Shown here piece by piece: positions 33,763 to 43,329 of a stretch of DNA of 64,000 bases. The position numbers and the translations under genes are program-made. The notes under the pieces are model-generated. The model was not told the DNA's origin. It made no database searches and worked only from the letters and a program-made list of their open reading frames with translations. Each line of letters opens with the position of its first letter. Within the stretch, counting starts at the first letter, position 1. The DNA is from Candidatus Latescibacterota bacterium. GTDB taxonomy: Bacteria > Latescibacterota > UBA2968 > UBA8231. The DNA lies in contig OZ220089.1 in NCBI GenBank assembly GCA_964291625.2, positions 3,296,001-3,360,000 on the forward strand, read 5' to 3'.

Positions 33763-35032
33763 AACGCGCGTCGTGGTCACCGGCATGGGGGTGCTGGCCC
33801 CCAACGGCCACGGCCTGGAGGAGTTCGGCCGGGCCCTTCGCGACGGGGTGAGCGGTATCGCCTTTCACCAGCAGCTGGCCGATCTGAACTTCGCCTGCCA
33901 GGTGGGCGGCGTTCCCGACGACGTGGAGGCGATCCAGGACCGCTACCTCACCGGCGAAGAGCTGTTCGCCATGAACGCCAACATGGTCTACGCCGCCATC
34001 GCCACCGTCGACGCCTGGACCGACGCCGGCCTGGACCTGCCCGAGCCCGACAGCGCCGAGCCCGACTGGGACACGGGCGGGATCATCGGCACCGGCATCG
34101 GCGGCATCGACACCATCGCCGAGACCCTGGCGCCGCGCACCCAGGCGGGCCGGGTGAAGCGCCTCGGCAGCACCATGGTCGAGCAGATCATGTCGAGCGG
34201 CAACAGCGCCCGCATCGCCGGCAAGCTCGGCCTGGGCAACCAGGTGAGCACCAACTCCAGCGCCTGCAACACCGGCACCGAGGCGGTCATCCAGGGCTAC
34301 CACCGCATCCGCGACGGCCTGGCGAAACGCATGCTGGCCGGCGGCTCCGAGGGCCACTCCCACTACATCTGGGCCGGCTTCGACGCCATGCGCGTCCTCA
34401 ACCGCACGAAGAACGACGACCCCGAGGGCGCCTCCCGACCGATGAGCGCCAGTGCCGCCGGGTTCGTCCCCGGGTCGGGGGCGGGCGTGCTCATGCTCGA
34501 GGAGCTGGACAGCGCCCGGGAACGGGGCGCCCGCATCTACGCCGAGGTCATCGGCTGCGCCCTCAACTGCGGCGGCCACCGCCAGGGGGGCAGCATGACG
34601 GCGCCAAACCCCGTGAGCGTGCAGCGCTGCCTGGGGGCGGCCCTCGACATGGCCGGTATCTCCGGCGAGGAGGTGGACGCCGTCAACGGCCACCTCACCG
34701 CCACCTTCGCCGATCCCCACGAGGTCCACAACTGGGCCAGCGCCCTCGGCCGCGAGCCTCGCGACATGCCCTGGATCCAGAGCACCAAGTCCCTCATCGG
34801 CCACGGCCTCGGTGCCGCCGGCGGCCTCGAGTGCGTCGCCGCCGTTCTCGAGCTGCACGAGGGATTTGTCCACGGGTCGCTGAATTGCGAAGATCTGCAC
34901 CCCGAGTTGGAGGCCTACGCCGACCGCATTCCCCACGAGAGCGTGGAGGCCCCCGATCTCGCGGTCATCGCCAAGGCCAGCTTCGGCTTCGGAGACGTCA
35001 ACGGCTGCGTCATCTTCCGGAAGTTCGACTGA
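33749..35032 (+). CDS. Beta-ketoacyl-ACP synthase I/II (FabB/FabF family)
   Basis: RVVVTGMG, SSACNTG (Cys), NGHLTAT (His), KSLIGHGLGAAG (His), SFGFG. Confidence 0.9.
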   Translation: MSNSETRVVVTGMGVLAPNGHGLEEFGRALRDGVSGIAFHQQLADLNFACQVGGVPDDVEAIQDRYLTGEELFAMNANMVYAAIATVDAWTDAGLDLPEPDSAEPDWDTGGIIGTGIGGIDTIAETLAPRTQAGRVKRLGSTMVEQIMSSGNSARIAGKLGLGNQVSTNSSACNTGTEAVIQGYHRIRDGLAKRMLAGGSEGHSHYIWAGFDAMRVLNRTKNDDPEGASRPMSASAAGFVPGSGAGVLMLEELDSARERGARIYAEVIGCALNCGGHRQGGSMTAPNPVSVQRCLGAALDMAGISGEEVDAVNGHLTATFADPHEVHNWASALGREPRDMPWIQSTKSLIGHGLGAAGGLECVAAVLELHEGFVHGSLNCEDLHPELEAYADRIPHESVEAPDLAVIAKASFGFGDVNGCVIFRKFD

Positions 35033-35069
35033 CCAGAAAACCACTTCACCGCAACGAAGGAACGACACG

Positions 35070-35318
35070 ATGAACACGCAGGAAGTCTTCGACAAGGTCG
35101 TCGCCATCCTCAAGCCCTTCGCCAAGAACGAGGAAGCCCTGTCGGGGGTCTCCATGGCGACGTCGCTGCAGAACGACCTGGAGGTCAACTCCGCGCGGCT
35201 CGTCGATATCGTGCTGGAGATCGAGGACGCTTTCGGCATCGAGGTCTCGGACGACGACGCCGACCAGGTGGCCACCGTGGGCGACGCGGTGAACCTGATC
35301 GTGGCCACCTCGGGCTGA
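35070..35318 (+). CDS. Acyl carrier protein (NSA-type phosphopantetheine motif)
   Basis: DLEVNSARLVDIVLEIEDAFGIEVSDD..TVGDAV; AAGGA RBS. Confidence 0.9.
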   Translation: MNTQEVFDKVVAILKPFAKNEEALSGVSMATSLQNDLEVNSARLVDIVLEIEDAFGIEVSDDDADQVATVGDAVNLIVATSG

Positions 35319-35354
35319 TCCCCGCCGCACCCCCTCCACTACCCGGCCGGCCTC

Positions 35355-36188
35355 GTGCGCATACCCGCCGATGAACGGGCCAGCCTGAACCACGTCGAGC
35401 GTCTCGGCCTCGCCTTCGCGGGGTGGATGAACGAGACGCCGGCGGTGCAACGCGCCTTCTACTGGCTCAACCTGCGCCTGCAGCGGCGGTTCGTGATGCT
35501 GGGCACCAGCCGCCGGACCCACCTGATCGGGCTCGAGCGGGTTGCCTCCCTGGAGCCCGACCGCGGCGTGATCATGGCGGCCAACCACCGCACCTTCCTC
35601 GATCAGTTCTTCATCCTCGCCTACCTCGTGGAGCACGTCGGGTTCTGGCGGCGCTGGTTCTTCCCCGTGCGCTCCAACTTCTTCTACGACAACCCCCTCG
35701 GCATTCTCGTCAACTTCCTGGCCAGCTCCTGCAACATGTACCCGCCGATCTTCCGGCCGCGGGCCAAACGCGGCGTCACCCGCGCCAGCCTCGACTTCCT
35801 GATCGAGCAGCTGCGGTCGCCGGAGACCTTCGTCGGCATTCACCCCGAGGGCACGCGGGGCAGGGGCCCCGACCCCTACGAGCTGCTGCCCGCCGAGCCC
35901 GGGTTCGGACGCGTCCTCCTGCAGTCGCAGGCCATCGTCATTCCCGTCTTCATCAACGGGATCAGCGACAACCTGGCCCGCGAGACGGTCTACAACTACA
36001 CCGGCTCGGGCCCCCCGGTGATCGTCGCCTTCGGCGCCCCTGTCGATCTGTCGTCTCTCGACGGGGAGGACCCGCGGCTGCTGCGCAACCAGGTCAAGGC
36101 GGGACGGCGGGTGCTTGCCGACGTGGCCAGGCTGGCGGAGGAGGAGCGCGAGCTGCGTCAGCGGCTCGAAGCCGGGGAGGCCTCCTGA
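35355..36188 (+). CDS. PlsC-like lysophospholipid acyltransferase
   Basis: ANHRTFLD (HX4D), HPEGTRG, VIPVFI. Confidence 0.88.
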   Translation: MRIPADERASLNHVERLGLAFAGWMNETPAVQRAFYWLNLRLQRRFVMLGTSRRTHLIGLERVASLEPDRGVIMAANHRTFLDQFFILAYLVEHVGFWRRWFFPVRSNFFYDNPLGILVNFLASSCNMYPPIFRPRAKRGVTRASLDFLIEQLRSPETFVGIHPEGTRGRGPDPYELLPAEPGFGRVLLQSQAIVIPVFINGISDNLARETVYNYTGSGPPVIVAFGAPVDLSSLDGEDPRLLRNQVKAGRRVLADVARLAEEERELRQRLEAGEAS

Positions 36189-36781
36189 GGCAGGGCGGCG
36201 AAGGCCGCGAAGGGTCCGTCGTGGGAGAGGCTGATGTCGATGCCGGACGGCCGCCCGTCGAGCAGCAGCCGGGGCGGGGCCAGTCCGTCCCGGGCCCCGG
36301 GGTCGCGGGGCCTCTCGATGGCCAGGCGCGGCTCCTGCAGGCCGAAGTGGGCGGCCACCCCGCGCCGGGCGAGGTCGCGCACGGCCTGGCTCTGGTGGCG
36401 GCCCCCGGGGATGGGCTGCACGCCGGTCACCGCCCGCGCGGGATCTCCGCCGCCATGGACCGCCACCGCGTGGACCCACAGCGGGTCCGTTGAGAGCCGG
36501 ACTGCCATCACGACATCCCGGTACCGAACCCGGCTCATGGCGGTGTCCACCTCGTAGAGGCGCGGCGCGAAGACCAGGCCCGGGCGCACCTTTCCCGCCG
36601 CCTTGTAGGCGGCCTCCTTGGCGGCCCACAGCGACCACAGCAGCACCATGGGCTCGCCGCTGCCGGACAGGCGGTGGCGCTCGCCGGGAGCGCACACGCG
36701 CGCGACGAAGCGGGGCCGGAGGTGGTGCTCGGCGATCTCCGGGTCGTCCAGGTAGACCAGATCGTTGCCGACGGCGTTCAC
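36158..36781 (-). CDS. 4'-phosphopantetheinyl transferase
   Basis: VGNDLV, LWAAKEAAYK, ISLSHDG. Convergent with and overlapping the acyltransferase. Confidence 0.88.
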   Translation of the reverse strand: MNAVGNDLVYLDDPEIAEHHLRPRFVARVCAPGERHRLSGSGEPMVLLWSLWAAKEAAYKAAGKVRPGLVFAPRLYEVDTAMSRVRYRDVVMAVRLSTDPLWVHAVAVHGGGDPARAVTGVQPIPGGRHQSQAVRDLARRGVAAHFGLQEPRLAIERPRDPGARDGLAPPRLLLDGRPSGIDISLSHDGPFAAFAALPQEASPASSR

Positions 36782-36904
36782 CTTGGCGTTCCGCTCTCCT
36801 TGGGAGGGGGATGGGCCTGGGGTGGACCCGTACCTAGGCGAAGGGGCCCGCCCCCGCGCAAACTGTGTTGACGGTTTCAGGACCCGCGCTTTGGTTCAAA
36901 CCCA

Positions 36905-37840
36905 ATGCGTGACGCCTCGGTCCTCCTTCCCGCAATCACCGCCTGCCTGCTCACGGGGGCCCTCGCCGGCTGTGGCGAGCCGGAGCTGGAACCCTGGCAG
37001 GTGCGGGTCCGCGGCGGCCAGAAGGCCCTCCACGACAAGCTCTACGACCGGGCCGTGACCCACTTCGGCGCCGCCCTGGAAGAGGCTGGCGCCGCGGGGT
37101 CCCGCGAGGGCCGGTTGGCCGCTCTCACCGGGTTGGCCATGGGCCGCGCCATGAGGGGCGACCTGGTCCAGGCCGAGAGCCTGTACGTCGAGGTGCTGGC
37201 CCTTCAGCGGGAGCGGATGGCGGCTGACAGCCTCTCGGGCCTGGTCCTGGCGCGCACCCTCGGCTCCCTCGCCGAGATCAGCCTGCGTCTCGGCCGCGTG
37301 GAGCGGGCCGAGAGCCACTGGTCCGAGATCCTGCAGCTGGGGAAGGAGGGTCTCGTGGATCTGCTCCCCGAGGAGCGAACGATGTCCTATACCCTGCACG
37401 GTCTCAGCAGGGTCCTGAGGTCGCGCGGCGACACGTCGCGGGCGGACTCCCTCGGCCAACGCGCCCTCGCCCTGCAGCTCTACGCCTTCGGCTTCGAGAA
37501 CGCCATCGGCAACGATCTGGGGAAGGCGGAGCAGTACTACGGTGAGTCCCGCGGCCATTTCGAGAGCCTGTACGGACCCGATCACGAGGACGTGGCACTC
37601 GCTCACCATGCCCTGGGCCGCCTGTACGAGTACCAGGGCCGGCGGGACGAGGCCGTCACCCAGTACCAGCGCGCCGTCGCCTCGTATCAGGGGGCCGGCG
37701 GGCCTCCCCTCGACCTGGCACTGGTCATGGAGGACCTGGCGGCGATCCTGGATGCCGGCCAGGCCGACGAAGCCGCCCGCCTCAGGCGGCGGGCCTCCGC
37801 CCTGCGCCAGGGCCGTCCGCCCGGGTCCGCAGTCAACTAG
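36905..37840 (+). CDS. TPR-repeat lipoprotein
   Basis: Lipobox ALAGC; kinesin-light-chain-like TPRs (YGPDHEDVALAHHALGRLYEYQGRRDEA). Confidence 0.75.
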   Translation: MRDASVLLPAITACLLTGALAGCGEPELEPWQVRVRGGQKALHDKLYDRAVTHFGAALEEAGAAGSREGRLAALTGLAMGRAMRGDLVQAESLYVEVLALQRERMAADSLSGLVLARTLGSLAEISLRLGRVERAESHWSEILQLGKEGLVDLLPEERTMSYTLHGLSRVLRSRGDTSRADSLGQRALALQLYAFGFENAIGNDLGKAEQYYGESRGHFESLYGPDHEDVALAHHALGRLYEYQGRRDEAVTQYQRAVASYQGAGGPPLDLALVMEDLAAILDAGQADEAARLRRRASALRQGRPPGSAVN

Positions 37841-38649
37841 CCCACCCTCCCGCGCCGATCTCCGGCCCGGCCCTGCGGCTCCTCGACGAGCCGGCGGCGG
37901 CGGAGCATGCGCAGCACCCACCAGGCCCCGAGAGCGCCGAGCAGGTGCTTGCAGGTGTGGCCGCTGATCCATCCACCGGCGGCGTACACCCACGGGTCGA
38001 GGATCTCGGCGCCCTTGGCGAGCCCATAGATCACGGCCGCCCCGTAGAGATCGGAGCCGCGCGTGTACGGCGAAGGCAGGAGGCGGACCATGAGGGGCAC
38101 AAAGACCACCGGGTAGGCCTGCGCCACGATGTAGTAGCGGAGGTCTCCGGCTCCCGCCTGCTCGGTGAAGTGCCAGTAGAGCACGCTGAAGAGTCCGAAG
38201 GCGACCAGCGGCGGCAGCGCCAGGAGACCCGCGCGCCGGTCCACGCGTTCGGCGAGGGCGGCGGCGAGAAAGGCCATGAAGGCGGCGCTCATGGGCAGGC
38301 GGTCCCACACCAGGGTCCCGTTGCCGGGGTCCAGGTGATACCAGGCGGAACCGAGCCCGACGAGCGCCACCGAGAGGAAGAGGACCTGGTAAGGCAGCGC
38401 GTCCGCCGGACGCTGGAAGGCCTGCTCGGTCCCGGCGAGGCGGAAGAGCGCGCGCAACCCCCACAGACCCACCAGGAGGAAGGGCAGGTTGGAGATCACG
38501 TTGAGGCAGTGGGGGATGCCGAGGAGGGTCCTCTGATCGGCGAACCGGTGATAGGCGGCGTCCTGCGCGATGGGGGCCTGCAGGAAGACGGCGGTCCAGA
38601 AGGCGACGGTGAGGCAGGCGAGCAGCCGCAGGCGGTGGTCGCGGTTCAT
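37837..38649 (-). CDS. Alkaline (phyto)ceramidase-like / CREST-family membrane hydrolase
   Basis: PIAQDAAYHRFADQR, NVISNLPF, GSAWYHL, WDRLPM, GDLRYY, SGHTCKHL. Confidence 0.82.
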   Translation of the reverse strand: MNRDHRLRLLACLTVAFWTAVFLQAPIAQDAAYHRFADQRTLLGIPHCLNVISNLPFLLVGLWGLRALFRLAGTEQAFQRPADALPYQVLFLSVALVGLGSAWYHLDPGNGTLVWDRLPMSAAFMAFLAAALAERVDRRAGLLALPPLVAFGLFSVLYWHFTEQAGAGDLRYYIVAQAYPVVFVPLMVRLLPSPYTRGSDLYGAAVIYGLAKGAEILDPWVYAAGGWISGHTCKHLLGALGAWWVLRMLRRRRLVEEPQGRAGDRRGRVG

Positions 38650-39953
38650 CGGGGCCTCCGCATCCACGATGCCCACACCGCCCCCGCCATGACGCACATC
38701 AGGGGGAGGGCGGGCAGGTGGTACCTGGGCATGACCACGGGTCCGGGCAGAACCAGGTAGTAGGCCACGAAGGCGAGGAAGATGCAGCCGAGGAACCACT
38801 CCCGGCGGTGCATCCAGCGGCCGAGCTGGACCAGGCATCCGAGGTAGGTCGCCCCGACGACGGCGAGGGCCGGCAGCAGGGGCAGCAGCAGCCAGGTGCG
38901 GTCGCCGAAGTAGTGGCGCACGGCGGCGAGAACCCCCTGGCGGTGCAGAGCGTCGAGGGTGCCCCGGCCCGACTGCGTCAGTCCGAGAATCTCGTAGAAG
39001 GAGGGCGCGTCGGGCAGCAGGATCGAGGGGTTGAAGTGCAGGCGCAGATAGGTCCACTTGTGGGCGTCGATCAGCTCCCGGGCCCTGGCGAGCTTGTAGC
39101 CGGTGCGGGCGTCCTCGTCTGGATAGCGGCGGGGATGGGCGGCGAACTCGGCCTCGGCCTCGCGGACCCAGCGGTCGCGCAGGGTGACGCGGGGGATCCC
39201 GGTCACCACCGACACGAGGGCGGCGCAATTGTGGTAGTAGAGCGTGTTGCCGACGTTGGTGTCGAGGCGGAAGCCGCCGCCGGCGAGGGAGTTGCGGTAC
39301 ATCCACGGAGCCAGGACCGCGGCGAAGATCAGCAGACAGCCCGCGGCCCCCATCAGCCGTTGGCGCACGGGGAGGCCCTGGAAGACGAGGACCAGGAAGA
39401 GGCAGGGCACGATCCACAGCAGTCCCGTGGGGCGGATCAAGGTACCGGTGGCGTCGAGGAACACGGCCAGCCACAGATCCGGCAGCCTCCGGCGGTAGTA
39501 GAAGCGGGCGAAGAAGTAGAGCATCCACGCCGTGACCAGGGCGAAGAGGGTGTCGGAGAGGTAGAACGGAGCCTGGGCGATGCTGGTGAGGTTGAGGGCC
39601 AGCAGCAGGGCGGCCACGGTTCCCCCCGCGGGGCCTCCGAACCAGCAGCCGACGCGGTACACGGGGACGCAGGTGAGGGCCCCGAGGACGCAGAAGAGGA
39701 GCACCGGAAGGTGAAGGCCCTTGCCGAGGACGCCGAAGACGAGGGCCAGGAAGGCCGGGTACCCGGGGCCGCGCAGGGTGTACGGCTCGGTCTCTCCCGG
39801 GGCTCCGACGTAACGGCCCTCTTCGAGCAGGGCCAGCGCCGGCTGCACGTACGAGGGCGTGTCGGGCCGGAAGAAGGCGGTCTCCGGCGCGGACATGCCG
39901 GGAATGGCCGCGCCGAGGCGCAGGATCGCGGCCAGGAGGACGACCCACCACAC
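38646..39953 (-). CDS. GT-C fold membrane glycosyltransferase (ArnT/PMT-2-like)
   Basis: Multi-TM protein with PDTPSY, RGPGYPAFL, LSDTLF, LIRPT, PWMYRN and PRYHLP. The start is uncertain (39953 to ~39983). Confidence 0.75.
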   Translation of the reverse strand: MWWVVLLAAILRLGAAIPGMSAPETAFFRPDTPSYVQPALALLEEGRYVGAPGETEPYTLRGPGYPAFLALVFGVLGKGLHLPVLLFCVLGALTCVPVYRVGCWFGGPAGGTVAALLLALNLTSIAQAPFYLSDTLFALVTAWMLYFFARFYYRRRLPDLWLAVFLDATGTLIRPTGLLWIVPCLFLVLVFQGLPVRQRLMGAAGCLLIFAAVLAPWMYRNSLAGGGFRLDTNVGNTLYYHNCAALVSVVTGIPRVTLRDRWVREAEAEFAAHPRRYPDEDARTGYKLARARELIDAHKWTYLRLHFNPSILLPDAPSFYEILGLTQSGRGTLDALHRQGVLAAVRHYFGDRTWLLLPLLPALAVVGATYLGCLVQLGRWMHRREWFLGCIFLAFVAYYLVLPGPVVMPRYHLPALPLMCVMAGAVWASWMRRPR

Positions 39954-39979
39954 GCTCCGGCGCGGTGTCCGGGCTTCGG

Positions 39980-40930
39980 TCAGGGCAGCGGGCCTTCGAT
40001 CCGGTCGACCAGATCGACGGTGTGGATCACGTCGCGGAGATCCGTAAGGGGCGCCTCGCCCTTGTCGATGCAGTCGAGGAAGTGCTCGTGCATGGTGAGG
40101 GTGCCCTCGTAGCGGCGCACATCCTGCTCGTCGACGCCGTCCACCTCCCAGCCGCCCATGACGGTGGTGCGGTCGTCCTCGTGGATCTCGATCTGGCGCG
40201 GGATCTGCATGTAGCACCCGACTCCCACGCCGTGCAGCTCGGAGCGCAGCACCCGCCCTCCCGAGGCGCGGTTGCCGAAGACGACGCCCGTGGCGCCGTT
40301 GTCGAAGCGGACCATGGAGGTGTAGCAGTTGCGGCTCTCGCCCCCGAAGCGGTCCCGGTACGCCGTGACCTCCACCGCCTCGCCGCCGGCCATGTGACGC
40401 AGCAGGTCGACGACGTGGATCACGTCGTCCCACAAGGTGGTGCTGAACTCCTTCCCGTCGCCGCCGAGGACCCGCTTGTTGAAGGTGACGCTGGCCACCG
40501 ACACGGGCCCCCTGGCGGCCACGCGGCGCATGGCCTCGCGGGTGACGGCGGCATACCGGCGCTGGAGCCCGACCATGCAGGACACGTCGTTGGCGACGGC
40601 GGCGTCCAGCATCTGCCGGGTCTCGCCGCTGTTGGCGCCGGGCGGTTTCTCGATGAAGAGGTGCTTGCCGGCGTTGAGACAGTCGAGAGCGGGGTTCAGC
40701 ACCCATCTCTCGTGCATGACGCAGTAGACCACGTCGAGGTCGACGGTGGCCAGCATCTCCCGGTGGTCGCTGAAGGTGCGCTCGAAGCCGTACTCGTCGA
40801 CGACGAGTTGCAGGCGCTCCGCGTCGAGCTCGCAGACGGCGGCGATCTCGACGCCGTCGAGGCGGGCGAGAGCGGGATAGTGGGCGCTGCGGGCGCGTCC
40901 TCCGGCGCCGATGAAGCCGGCCTTGAGCAT
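39980..40930 (-). CDS. Gfo/Idh/MocA family oxidoreductase
   Basis: MLKAGFIGAGG, GKHLFIEKP, VGLQRRY, DDVIHVVDL. Confidence 0.9.
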   Translation of the reverse strand: MLKAGFIGAGGRARSAHYPALARLDGVEIAAVCELDAERLQLVVDEYGFERTFSDHREMLATVDLDVVYCVMHERWVLNPALDCLNAGKHLFIEKPPGANSGETRQMLDAAVANDVSCMVGLQRRYAAVTREAMRRVAARGPVSVASVTFNKRVLGGDGKEFSTTLWDDVIHVVDLLRHMAGGEAVEVTAYRDRFGGESRNCYTSMVRFDNGATGVVFGNRASGGRVLRSELHGVGVGCYMQIPRQIEIHEDDRTTVMGGWEVDGVDEQDVRRYEGTLTMHEHFLDCIDKGEAPLTDLRDVIHTVDLVDRIEGPLP

Positions 40931-41009
40931 GGGGGTTTCCGTCCTTGGCCGGTAATTACCGCCGCGGCAAACCACGCCGCAACCAAAGCCCCGGCCGGAA
41001 GGCCCGGTA

Positions 41010-41037
41010 TTGACCCTGTCGGCGGCTATCCTATTAT
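41010..41037 (+). promoter_or_regulatory. Sigma70-type promoter upstream of the zinc-ribbon gene and rnpB
   Basis: TTGACC (41010-41015), 16-nt spacer, TATTAT (41032-41037). Confidence 0.55.
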
Positions 41038-41115
41038 ATCGGGTTTGGTATTTCGCGACCGGCCGGTCCGTCGGACCCGTGCGGCAGCCACTCGCTCCAC
41101 ACAGAGAGGAGTCCT

Positions 41116-41832
41116 GTGTCCCTCAAGGATGGTTTGCAGCAGTTGCTCAGGGTCCAGGACGTCGACCTCGAGCTCAAGGCCCTCGAAGAGGCCAAGAGCA
41201 AGTATCCCGCGGAGATCGAGGAGCGGCGCGGCGAGATCGACCGTGCGGAGCAGGACCTCAAGGAGCTCACCGAGCGCCTGGAGGATCAGCAGCGCCGACA
41301 GCGGCACTTCGAGCACGAGCTCGAGGACGCCCGCGAGCAGTTGAAGAAGCTGGAGGCGCGTTTTTCCGAGGTCCGCACCAACAAGGAGTACGACGCGCTC
41401 CAGCTCGAGGTCGAGGCCTGCAAGTCGAGGATGTCGGAGTACGAGGGCCAGATCCTCGAGCTCATCGAAGCGAGCGAGAGCGTTCGCGAGCAGGTCGATC
41501 TCGAGAAGCAGGATGTCGACGTGGTCCGCGAGGAACAGCAGTCGCGGATCGACGAGCTGCAGGGCCGCCTCGATTCCCTGCAGGGGGAGGTCGACGCCGT
41601 GCAGCAACGCCGTGAGTCCGAGGCGGAGGGGATCGACGGGGAACTGCTGCGCACCTACGAGATCTCCCGGAGCAACCGCGGGCTGACGGTGGCCGCCGTG
41701 CGCAAGGGCGCCTGCGGCGCCTGCTTCCGCCAGCTGCCGGCGCAGATGAAGAGCCGCGTCCGCCGCCACGAGCAGGTCGTCAGCTGCGAGAGCTGCGGCG
41801 CCCTGCTGGCCTGGGACGAGGAGTCTTCCTGA
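41116..41832 (+). CDS. Coiled-coil protein with C-terminal C4 zinc ribbon (DUF164/CT398-like)
   Basis: Long heptad region, VRTNKEYDAL, ACGAC...CESCGALL; GAGGAG RBS; typical neighbour of rnpB. Confidence 0.88.
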   Translation: MSLKDGLQQLLRVQDVDLELKALEEAKSKYPAEIEERRGEIDRAEQDLKELTERLEDQQRRQRHFEHELEDAREQLKKLEARFSEVRTNKEYDALQLEVEACKSRMSEYEGQILELIEASESVREQVDLEKQDVDVVREEQQSRIDELQGRLDSLQGEVDAVQQRRESEAEGIDGELLRTYEISRSNRGLTVAAVRKGACGACFRQLPAQMKSRVRRHEQVVSCESCGALLAWDEESS

Positions 41833-41861
41833 GGCGGCCTCATGGCGCCAGGGCATCGAAC

Positions 41862-42237
41862 GGCCGGAGTGGTTCGGGTGAACGCGGGGCCGGCGCCGCC
41901 GGCCCTGAGGAAAGTCCGAGCTCCACAGGGCAGGATGCTGGGTAACGCCCAGGGGGGGCGACCCCACAGAAAGTGCCACAGAAAACAGACCGCCCGGCTC
42001 GCGCCGGGTAAGGGTGAAAAGGTGAGGTAAGAGCTCACCGCGTCGCCGGCGACGGGGACGGCACGGCAAACCTCATCCGGAGCAAGGCCAAATAGGGGAG
42101 GAGAGGTGGCCCGCCTCGCAACGACTCCCGGGTAGGCCGCACGAGGCGGCGGGCAACCGCCGTCCCAGATGAATGCTCACCCGGAGACCGGCGCAGCCGA
42201 TCTCCGACAGAACTCGGCTTACAGAACCACTCCGGCC
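41862..42237 (+). ncRNA. rnpB: RNase P RNA, bacterial type A
   Basis: P1 ggccggagtggttc/gaaccactccggcc; GAGGAAAGTCCGAGCT, AGTGCCACAGAAA, GGTAAGAGC, GAGCAAGGCCAAATAG, AGATGAAT, ACAGAACTCGGCTTA. Confidence 0.97.
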
Positions 42238-42243
42238 CTTCAC

Positions 42244-43329
42244 GTGCAGACCTCCCTTCCCCTCTTCATCCTCCTGTTGTGCAGCGCCGCCGCGGCGCAG
42301 GAGACCTCGTGGGCCCTGGTGGAGACCCTCTACGTCGAGTCCCCCTCCGGCGGCCGGCTCGAGGGCCGCATCGACTGGACCGCGGGGACCCTCACCGTCA
42401 CCGGCGAGGCGCCTGCCGGAGAGGAGGGCAGCCCCGCCCGGCAGCGCCTGGCGGGATTCCGCGCCGCCAGGACGGCGGCCCTGGCCGGGCTCCTGGAGGC
42501 CGTGACCAAGGTGCGCGTCGACGCCCGCACCCGGGTCGGCAGGGTCATGACGGCCAGCGGGCCGGTTCGCGAGCGGGTGGCGCAGCTGGGGGGTGACGCG
42601 CGGGTGGTGTCCGGCTCCCGCCGCGAGGCCCGGGGCGTCTGCCGGCTGGAGGTGCGCCTGCCCCTTCTCGGGGATCTCGCCCGGGCCGTGCTGCCGCCGG
42701 CATCGGAGCGGTCCGTCTCGCTGCCGCCGACGGAGCTTCCGGCGCGCGACTCCCTGATCGCATGGCTGCCCGGGGGGCCGTTCACGGGGCTCGTCGTCGA
42801 TGCCCGGGGCACGCAGCTGCGTCCGAGCCTGTCGCCGCGGATCGTCGACGACGGCGGTCGTGTCATCTATGCAGCCGGTCACGTCGACCGGGCTCTGGCG
42901 GTACGCTCGGGCCTGGCCGGCTGGGAGCGGGACCTGCGCCGCGCCATCCTCAGCGAGCGCGTCCGTGGGGAGCCGGCTCACCCCTTCCTGGTGGAGGCGG
43001 CCGGCGTCTCGGGCCCCTTCCGCGCCGATGCCGTGATCCGCGCCGACGACGCGACACGCCTGCAGCTGGCCGACCTGCACGGTGACTTCCTCTCCAGGGG
43101 ACAGGTGGTCATCGTCGTCGGACCGAAACCGCCGCCGCCACCTGAGCCGCCGGTGGTGGGCGCGGCCCCCGTCCCCGACAGCCTGGCGGACCTGGCGGTG
43201 ACCAATACGGCCGGGTTCCTCGACAGCCTGGCGGCTCCGGTCGTGTACCGGGACTTCCTCGATTCCCTGCTTCACGCGAGGGCCCGGGCCCTGGCCGATA
43301 CGGTCCCCGACTCCGGGAGCTCTCCGTGA
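42244..43329 (+). CDS. Exported LPP20-like protein
   Basis: Signal peptide ending AAA-Q; IDWTAGTLTVTG, RAAR..A..LLEAV..VRVDA, FTGLVVDARG..PSLSPRI. Start trimmed to the GTG just after rnpB. Confidence 0.65.
   Translation: MQTSLPLFILLLCSAAAAQETSWALVETLYVESPSGGRLEGRIDWTAGTLTVTGEAPAGEEGSPARQRLAGFRAARTAALAGLLEAVTKVRVDARTRVGRVMTASGPVRERVAQLGGDARVVSGSRREARGVCRLEVRLPLLGDLARAVLPPASERSVSLPPTELPARDSLIAWLPGGPFTGLVVDARGTQLRPSLSPRIVDDGGRVIYAAGHVDRALAVRSGLAGWERDLRRAILSERVRGEPAHPFLVEAAGVSGPFRADAVIRADDATRLQLADLHGDFLSRGQVVIVVGPKPPPPPEPPVVGAAPVPDSLADLAVTNTAGFLDSLAAPVVYRDFLDSLLHARARALADTVPDSGSSP

Noticed and set aside
42169-42243. ORF-track start of the LPP20-like gene inside rnpB
   Set aside because: It overlaps the conserved 3' end of RNase P RNA. 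GTG 42244 gives a clean signal peptide.
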